Shown here in pieces: positions 57,483-64,000 of a DNA stretch of 64,000 bases (positions within the stretch are counted from its first letter, which is position 1; each line of letters begins with the position of its first letter). Source of the DNA: a bacterium (GTDB lineage Bacteria; Armatimonadota; UBA5829); NCBI GenBank assembly GCA_021373255.1, contig JAJFTD010000199.1, forward strand, positions 611 to 64,610, given 5' to 3'. A model generated the notes under the pieces. The model saw only the letters and a list, made by a program, of their open reading frames with translations. It was not told the origin of the DNA and ran no database searches. Made by a program: the position numbers and the translations under genes.

Positions 57483-60400
57483 CTATCGCACTCGCGGGCG
57501 CTTGGGAGGAGACAGATCGATTCGATATTGAACGAGTATGTCCTCGCCCGGATCGCTTCCGAGCTTCTGCCTAAGAAACTCTACCAGATCTTCTTGACGC
57601 GGCTGTCCGAATGCCAATCTGTATAGCGCCATGCTGCTCTTCAGGTTCTGTAAGCGTCGTTCGTCTCGGCTCAGTGGCAGTATAGGCACGTGGCGCTCAA
57701 TGCAGTATCCGCCGTTTGCCTCGCATATCCAGAACGGAACCAGATCATTGTCGCCTTTATGTCTTGCAGCAACAGCACGACTAAAGAGAGTTTTCCATGG
57801 GTCCGAGAATGGCTTCCACTCGCGGCACAAACCTCCCAAACCATACGTCTTCGCCAGATTCCGGCGAATAACATGTCCTTTGTAACGGTGGATTCTCCCT
57901 TCACGCTGTTCCATATCTACTGGGTTGGATGGCAGGTTCCAGTGGTATATCCTGTGGCAATACTGGTGGAAGTCCAGTCCTTCCTGCCCGATGGACGTCG
58001 ATGCGAGGATGAATGGTCTGAACGGTGAGTTGAATGCCGACCTAACCTGGTCCTCACGTGTCACATCTTCACCCTCCTCGTTTTTGCCTTCGCCAAACGC
58101 AAGGGCGAAGCGGCATCGGATGCTCCGCTTGACAAGGGGTGTTGTAACCAGCCTGCTAGTCGGATCCAAGCTGATCTCATCGAAGTCTAATCGTGTAGTA
58201 CGGATGGCAACAGCATCATGGATCACCTCTGCAATACCTGGCGCCGCTTTCTCAGGCGATGAGCCCAGTAGACCCAACGATTCGTTTAAGACGTGGACGT
58301 ACTCGTCCATCACTGATTGGATGTTCCCATCGATGCAATAGTCAAGAACCTGCTCCCAGAAAGGCTTTCCCTCACTACTACCTCTAATCAATGCTATGGA
58401 CTCAGGTAGGTTGAACATACTTCGAAAACCCATCGCAATGCGGGCGGCAGCAGTGAGAACTTCCGGCATGGACGTAACATTGTGTCCTGGCCACAGTCTG
58501 CAAAGTGCCCGTAGCGCAGTGACCGCGGGAGACGCAACTGCCAACTTGGATACGAGCTTGACTACTGCCTCGGGCACGCTTCCCAAGTCCTTGGGATTGT
58601 GGAACCACTCGCGGAATAGGTTCAAGTGATCAGCAAAGGAGGTCTGATCCTCATCGTCAACCCGTGTCTTAAGTGTACTCTTCCAGCCGATGGTGTCCGA
58701 ATTGCAGTCCAGCCAGCTTCCGGCTTCATTCTCGGCAAATGCCTTGTCGAGCAAGGCTACAGAAGACCACGCCCATCTATCGTCAAAGCCGTCGTCTCTC
58801 CGCATTCTCTTGTCTGTTGCTTTGCGCAGTAATGCACTGACCTGCTGCTCAATGGCCGATAGGACAAGCTCCTTTGTTGGGGCGATCCCATCTTTAGCCA
58901 AGCGTTTGGATATGGCCAGTGGGTCTATCCCGGTAGCCAAAGACACACATGGGTAGAGCAAGGGTAAGACTGCCATTCCAGTAAGGCGTCCCTCGCTTCT
59001 GGCAAACCTGAGGAGAGGACCGCGCTTTCGTCTCAGTTCGGTATAGTCCGTGCCTAAGTTCCCCAAACTTACCATCTGACGCTCCGCCTCATAGCTGCAT
59101 AGCGCTGCGATGACTTTGGATACCACTTTCCACGATGAAAAGATCAGACTCTTGGTTACATCCTGGACGCCGGCATCCGCAAATACACCGTCGGATTCGT
59201 AGTAGGGAAGTGACGGCGGCACCCATAGTAGCTTCCACGCGCCAGTGTCGAGATATTGCTGCATCAGCGCACGAAGCTTCGCGTTCTGAGCTTTGATCGG
59301 CCTATACTCTAAGAACGTATCCCATGTCAGCACGTAATCCGGATTTGAGATGATCACATCGCTCACGCGTCTGTTGCCGGTCTGGGAGGCCAACTCACGT
59401 TCGAATTGCTTCTTTATCTGGTAGCTGTCCATGAAGTTCAACAGGTACGGGCTTGACTTCCAATACTCGATCTGGTCGCAGGTCTGGAGCCCACGCGCGA
59501 TGCTATCGACGGCTGCATACCCCCGGATATCGTCGCTCTCCAACGTACAAGTTCCGGCCGCACGGTGCACGTCCTGGACCATGCCATTTCTATTGCTGCT
59601 TACCGCCAGGCGTTCCGTCCGAACCATAACACTGCGCAGCATCTCCTCAACTCTGCACTTGATAGTCCTGAGGCCTTTGGTGTCGTCTACACTTGTTCTT
59701 TGGAGTTGCCTTCTATACTGCTCCATCAACACTGCGAACTGAGCCGATTTCTCTTCATCGTCGAGAAGAAACCTAACAGTTCCAAGGAAGTCCCTGTAGT
59801 GATCCTCTTCGGTTCCCTCTTGGCTAAGAGTATACATTTTGTAGGGAGTTGCCGAGAGTAGCACTACCTTGGCATCTTTATACTGGAAGAGTGCTTGTGC
59901 GAGCTGGCTGGCTTCATCATCACCATTCAGAAGGTGCCTGAATCGCTGGAATTCGTCGAGAATTATCAGGTCAGGCTCAAGAGCATTAACGCAGCTTTTT
60001 GCAAGGATGCTCCTTAGCTCGCCAACAACCGCGTTCCTATCCCGTCGATCTTGCGCGGGGACGTTCTTGTAATGCTGCCTGCGACGCTGGAAGCTGGTGC
60101 AGACGTCATCAAACCGATGGCGAACTTCAGGATGCTCCTCCAGATCGCACAGAAAAAGCGCCTGTAGCCTTTTGTCGATGTCTTCTGGGTCAATTCCATG
60201 GTTACACCACCAATCCCAAGAAGTCGAGCTGACGTTCCCTTGGAACACGTTAGCCGCCGCTGTCCCTCGGAATCCCCAGCCGTCTCTAAGCATATGGTAG
60301 ATAAGGGCTCTTTCCTGCATCATCCCCAGATTGGATCCCAAGTCCAGCGAAGTGGCAGGAGTGAACGAAATGAAGTTGAGCTTCTTATCCGTCAAGTCTT

Positions 60401-60743
60401 TGAGACGGAGCGGTAGAAGAGTCAACCGTGAAGCAAGCGGGAAGTGATCTACTCCGACGCTCAGCCGATTTAGATTTTGGCGCGCGATATCTGCATTGGA
60501 GCACACATAGACTACATCGATGCGTTTGGTCGTGTCCCAGAGGCGGTCGACTGCTTTGGCTATGAGGCCACGGGCGACCATTGTCTTACCCAGCCCCACC
60601 TCATCGGCTACGAGGAACCGCTTAGTGGGGTTTTCGCCCTCATACAGCCTTTGGTATACGAAGTCCACTGTATTGCGCTGGAAGTCCTTCAGAGTGTTCA
60701 TGACCTCATCTGGATTAGGACGATTACTGCTCGAATCACTCAT
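57483..60743 (-). CDS. SNF2/RapA-like SF2 helicase of 1086 aa
   Basis: Helicase motifs are 'ADEVGLGKT', 'LIILDEFQRF', 'LLSATP' and 'QREGRIHRYKG'. Confidence 0.75.
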   Translation of the reverse strand: MSDSSSNRPNPDEVMNTLKDFQRNTVDFVYQRLYEGENPTKRFLVADEVGLGKTMVARGLIAKAVDRLWDTTKRIDVVYVCSNADIARQNLNRLSVGVDHFPLASRLTLLPLRLKDLTDKKLNFISFTPATSLDLGSNLGMMQERALIYHMLRDGWGFRGTAAANVFQGNVSSTSWDWWCNHGIDPEDIDKRLQALFLCDLEEHPEVRHRFDDVCTSFQRRRQHYKNVPAQDRRDRNAVVGELRSILAKSCVNALEPDLIILDEFQRFRHLLNGDDEASQLAQALFQYKDAKVVLLSATPYKMYTLSQEGTEEDHYRDFLGTVRFLLDDEEKSAQFAVLMEQYRRQLQRTSVDDTKGLRTIKCRVEEMLRSVMVRTERLAVSSNRNGMVQDVHRAAGTCTLESDDIRGYAAVDSIARGLQTCDQIEYWKSSPYLLNFMDSYQIKKQFERELASQTGNRRVSDVIISNPDYVLTWDTFLEYRPIKAQNAKLRALMQQYLDTGAWKLLWVPPSLPYYESDGVFADAGVQDVTKSLIFSSWKVVSKVIAALCSYEAERQMVSLGNLGTDYTELRRKRGPLLRFARSEGRLTGMAVLPLLYPCVSLATGIDPLAISKRLAKDGIAPTKELVLSAIEQQVSALLRKATDKRMRRDDGFDDRWAWSSVALLDKAFAENEAGSWLDCNSDTIGWKSTLKTRVDDEDQTSFADHLNLFREWFHNPKDLGSVPEAVVKLVSKLAVASPAVTALRALCRLWPGHNVTSMPEVLTAAARIAMGFRSMFNLPESIALIRGSSEGKPFWEQVLDYCIDGNIQSVMDEYVHVLNESLGLLGSSPEKAAPGIAEVIHDAVAIRTTRLDFDEISLDPTSRLVTTPLVKRSIRCRFALAFGEGKNEEGEDVTREDQVRSAFNSPFRPFILASTSIGQEGLDFHQYCHRIYHWNLPSNPVDMEQREGRIHRYKGHVIRRNLAKTYGLGGLCREWKPFSDPWKTLFSRAVAARHKGDNDLVPFWICEANGGYCIERHVPILPLSRDERRLQNLKSSMALYRLAFGQPRQEDLVEFLRQKLGSDPGEDILVQYRIDLSPPKRPRVR

Positions 60744-62577
60744 CTTTACTCCTCCGGATCAGCTCTTCCTCAAATGGTCGCCATATGTCTGCGAATCCGT
60801 GGGGCAGAACCTCATCAGCTCTAGGGTTCTTTTGTATCTCTTTAACCATGGAAGCGATGCGGCCCATCTTATCGGGGTAGCGAGAGAATGCCCTAACCAG
60901 CTCCTCCAGTAGAGGCACGCTCGATAGCCAATTCTCCCAGCTACCAATTCCAGCAATATGACCGGCTATGCGCAATGCAGTTGCGGCGTCATCATCTTCG
61001 CTCTCCGATAGTAAAAACAGCAGATATCGGATGAACCTGTCCTTGTTGCAGATGATCTCCTGTAACACTCGCTCACTTCTCCCGTCTGGCATGCCGGTAA
61101 CAGGCAAGTTAAGCACAAATCGCACAGAATCACAGGTTGTCGCTCCGTCATCGGCCGTAACCTCAAAGGCAACGAAGCTGGTTAACGCCGCAAAAGAGAC
61201 ATTTCCGAACCCAAGCCGACCGCACTCCCACAAACAACTGGCGTCCACAGCCCGCGATTCGTTCAGTGTCACTGGCCAGCATTTTACCTTTAGATCACTA
61301 TGCAATGAGTCTGAGTCCTCCGACTTCAGCAAGGCGAGGTTGTACGTGTCATCTTCGCCACACTCCACCTGCAATCTCAGTCCTGCAATCGAGATTGCTT
61401 CACGTGCCGACTCTACAAGTTGCTGGAGCCTTACCAGCACTGGATCCTGCGCACTTGCTTTGTTTGGTTCCTGGTATTCACAGAGTAGGTGAAGCAACGA
61501 CGAGTCGCTGTCCTGCTGCAGTAGTGCATCGATACCTACCTGACTGCGTTTTCCACTCATCTTTACCAGAAACTCGATATTGTTGCGGAAGGCCGCATTT
61601 GTGGCGTTCGCTGACCCGGTCCACAGATCGGCGTTCCACCCATTCTCTGTGATATACAGCTTTGCATGGAGACCTCTGTTGCTATTAGCTAAAGATGCAT
61701 CTTCAGTTCCATCTTGTTCTTCCGGTTCATCTCCAGTTTCCTCGATGGTGTAAATTCTGCTGAAGTGTTTGCGAGTTTCAGGGTCGAGCTGGTCCAAGCT
61801 CTCAACGCGGGAGACGATTATGGTAGTGTCCGCACTGTTCGCAATCTGTATTGAGACTCGATCTGATACGAATGGAGACACTACGAGCAGCCGCTTGTAA
61901 CCTCCCGGAAATGGGAAAATGCGTCGTCGGCTCATTCCCAGAGGCAAGAACTCCATATCTTCGAATGGAGACGGTGGAACGAAGTCCACGTAACGGATCT
62001 CTTCTGCCATTTCATCAATATCGCTGAGAACGCGCTCGTCGGGGGTTGTGACTGCTATCGTCGGCAGAAATCGCAAGAAGTCAGCTAGCGGTCGGTTCTT
62101 GCCTCGTGGACGTGTCGAAACGCCCCCGTCAATGGTGAGCACAGTATCCCAAGACCGGTCGAAAGTGAGGTTTCGGCTGAGGCAGAGCAGTCTGTAGATC
62201 GGCGCATCTTGCTCGTGAATAAACCGAAGGAACCACAGCTTTGGGTGAAAGACACCCGACCCGGCGGGCTGTACTTCAACCACCATCTTCTCAAGATAGC
62301 TATACAGAAGATTGTCAGGGCTGGGGACCGAGATTCTTCCTCGTTGGCAAAAGACAGATATCCGCTCCGACGTTCTGCGCAGTGCCTCAAGTATAGCCAC
62401 TGGCTCTCGCAACGCTTCGGCTTGGTCATTGATGTCAAAAAGCGAGAAGGACATAGGAGCGACGAGCAGAGCCATGAGGTCCAGAGAGAATGTGGTGGTA
62501 ATGGCTCGGTCAAACCTGTAACCAACGGGTGGCTTCAGTGCATCAAGGTAGACTTGACGGCTGTTCGCATCAAGCAT
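60736..62577 (-). CDS. PLD-family nuclease with two HKD motifs
   Basis: The two HKD motifs are 'FHPKLWFLRF' and 'LHAKLYITENGWNADLWTGSANATN'. Its end overlaps the start of the SNF2 gene by 8 nt. Confidence 0.7.
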   Translation of the reverse strand: MLDANSRQVYLDALKPPVGYRFDRAITTTFSLDLMALLVAPMSFSLFDINDQAEALREPVAILEALRRTSERISVFCQRGRISVPSPDNLLYSYLEKMVVEVQPAGSGVFHPKLWFLRFIHEQDAPIYRLLCLSRNLTFDRSWDTVLTIDGGVSTRPRGKNRPLADFLRFLPTIAVTTPDERVLSDIDEMAEEIRYVDFVPPSPFEDMEFLPLGMSRRRIFPFPGGYKRLLVVSPFVSDRVSIQIANSADTTIIVSRVESLDQLDPETRKHFSRIYTIEETGDEPEEQDGTEDASLANSNRGLHAKLYITENGWNADLWTGSANATNAAFRNNIEFLVKMSGKRSQVGIDALLQQDSDSSLLHLLCEYQEPNKASAQDPVLVRLQQLVESAREAISIAGLRLQVECGEDDTYNLALLKSEDSDSLHSDLKVKCWPVTLNESRAVDASCLWECGRLGFGNVSFAALTSFVAFEVTADDGATTCDSVRFVLNLPVTGMPDGRSERVLQEIICNKDRFIRYLLFLLSESEDDDAATALRIAGHIAGIGSWENWLSSVPLLEELVRAFSRYPDKMGRIASMVKEIQKNPRADEVLPHGFADIWRPFEEELIRRSKDE

Positions 62578-63835
62578 CTGATGCCTCCTTGCTTTTCAGC
62601 CCAGTAAGGATATCGTTCAGTAGCCTGGCAACCACGTTCCAGCGATAGTCGAGCTGGGCAGTTCCAGATGCACCGTTCCAAAGCTCCAGTGCGCGAGTAT
62701 TGACTAATCGTGCTCTGGCGTGTTTCAGCTCGAACTCTCGCCTGCATACCAGATCGCGAGCCATGCTGCGGTCTGCCAGATCCCGCAGATCATCTGAGGT
62801 CATCACAAGCCGTATCCATTCGCTAATGAATCGTTGAGCTCTTGCCGGAATCCTCCTCCAAGAGGATTGCACCACTTCCCAAAACTCAGTCACGTCCCAA
62901 TCCTCCAGTTGCTGCCACCGCCCCTCGATAGCAGCTGTCCAATCTTCAATTGTATGCCGGTAATGCTCAATCCACTCGGTATGGCCACACTTTTCAGCGA
63001 GTAGGAGGTTATAGAGCAGGGCTGATCCACGGATGATCTCAGAGAAGCATCTGGCATGTTCTATCTGAGTTTTTAGACTGGTTGGGAACTTGGAGAGGTC
63101 CGGATGCATCCAGACAAACGGCACGCCTCTGGTCGGCTTTGTATGGTCAACAAGATGGGCAAGGAGTGTTCCTGAACAGCTCATCATCATTCTTTCTTGA
63201 AGATACGAGGCTTGCGCTTTGCTCAGTGCCAGGTTGGCCTTGTTGGGGAAGTCACTCTCCATGGATGGGATACCTGGATCCCAATTACAGGCAACGGTAT
63301 CAAGTATCAACTCGCCGTCGTCTCCCCGGATCTGCCGCTTGTTGATCGCGTAGTAAGTATTCAGGTAACGATGATATTGGTCTTGGGAGCCGGGAAATCT
63401 GAGGATTCCCCAAGTACGTAGTCCGTTCCAGTAGATGCTGCTTGGCGCTCGAACTGGCAGAGCTTTCAGTCGCCTCCCGATTACTCCCTCGAGATCATCC
63501 GACCTGAGCAATGCTCTTACCAAGGCCTCTTCATCCCTGCGCACCTTGCCCCGGATCTCGTGCGACGGTGTCTTACGATCTTCGTGTCGCCTGTATATGC
63601 AAGGAATAAACAGAATGTACTTGGCACGGGTCTGAATGGTGCTGGTGCCTGGGAACATGAGGTCCGCCAGCGCATCACGAACAGGTCCGATGCCGAGCTC
63701 GTCCAGAGTATCAGGCTCCCGAAATGACCTGATGATCTCGAGCATCTTATGTCTATCCTGTTCTGAGAAATCTACCCAACCAAAAGAAGATGGCACTGTT
63801 TGACTCTCCAGTTTACTCATATTGCGGCAGTCCAT
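62570..63835 (-). CDS. hypothetical protein of 421 aa, first gene of the PLD/SNF2 operon
   Basis: A long ORF overlapping the PLD gene by 8 nt. No motif recognised. Confidence 0.45.
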   Translation of the reverse strand: MDCRNMSKLESQTVPSSFGWVDFSEQDRHKMLEIIRSFREPDTLDELGIGPVRDALADLMFPGTSTIQTRAKYILFIPCIYRRHEDRKTPSHEIRGKVRRDEEALVRALLRSDDLEGVIGRRLKALPVRAPSSIYWNGLRTWGILRFPGSQDQYHRYLNTYYAINKRQIRGDDGELILDTVACNWDPGIPSMESDFPNKANLALSKAQASYLQERMMMSCSGTLLAHLVDHTKPTRGVPFVWMHPDLSKFPTSLKTQIEHARCFSEIIRGSALLYNLLLAEKCGHTEWIEHYRHTIEDWTAAIEGRWQQLEDWDVTEFWEVVQSSWRRIPARAQRFISEWIRLVMTSDDLRDLADRSMARDLVCRREFELKHARARLVNTRALELWNGASGTAQLDYRWNVVARLLNDILTGLKSKEASDA

Positions 63836-64000
63836 CAGCCACTTTCACGCTCTTGCAATCGCACTCACGTCTACCCGAACCAACAGATATAGTCGCTAAG
63901 GTTCATGGCAATTTTCGGTGGATTTGAGCTGCATTTGCGCAGAAGATCAGGATTGCCTTACCCACTTATCTGAGAGACCTCTGGCTTAGGATACACGCGT

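Noticed and set aside
1-64000. CRISPR arrays, rRNA and tRNA genes
   Set aside because: No spaced direct-repeat arrays, no rRNA-like conserved stretches and no cloverleaf-compatible tRNA candidates were seen by eye in the intergenic regions. A tRNAscan or Infernal run would be needed to be sure.

Overview
This 64-kb window reads as a bacterial chromosome segment with moderately high GC. The sequence is denser and more GC-rich on the left and more AT-rich from about 30 to 48 kb. By eye I found no rRNA, tRNA or CRISPR array.

**Left 3.5 kb: housekeeping metal and Fe-S genes.** These are a NifX/NifB-like protein, a hotdog thioesterase, a NifU/IscU-like scaffold, a Spy/CpxP-family periplasmic protein and a DsbD_2/UreH-like membrane protein. 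The block ends in a heavy-metal P-type ATPase that has lost its whole catalytic core. The ATPase remnant runs almost directly into an N-terminally truncated large serine recombinase.

**A 19.3-kb integrative element (about 4541-23880).** It is bounded by a perfect 21-bp direct repeat, TGGTAGCCCCGAAGGGATTCG. Each copy overlaps the 3' end of a serine-recombinase gene, and the two genes read it in different frames. The cargo is:
- a complete type I restriction-modification system (hsdR-hsdM-hsdS), whose HsdS carries an unusual C-terminal pentapeptide-repeat domain;
- a Septu-like ATPase plus HNH nuclease pair;
- two paralogous PD-(D/E)xK-like proteins;
- a 587-aa protein of unknown function;
- a primase-polymerase fused to an SF3 helicase;
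- a small HTH excisionase-like gene and a full-length large serine recombinase.

A third, diverged scar of a recombinase 3' end lies at 27909-27960. This suggests repeated, serial integration at one attachment site.

**Rest of the window: a long run of defence-like modules.**
- two tandem AbiEi/AbiEii toxin-antitoxin pairs;
- a UDG-superfamily-like gene and a SEC-C-motif protein;
- a small membrane protein with a cytosolic partner;
- an uncharacterised five-gene cluster (unknown 449-aa protein, B12-radical SAM, ParB/Srx-like, GT4 glycosyltransferase, nucleotidyltransferase);
- a Hachiman-like HamA/HamB pair and a DUF4238 protein;
- a Pnkp/Hen1 RNA-repair locus in an unusual layout, with two pol-beta nucleotidyltransferases and an HExxH-TPR-HEAT protein between Hen1 and Pnkp;
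- at the right edge, a three-gene operon of an unknown protein, a two-HKD PLD nuclease and a SNF2/RapA-like helicase.

All functional calls come from reading motifs in the translated ORFs. Nothing was searched against a database.
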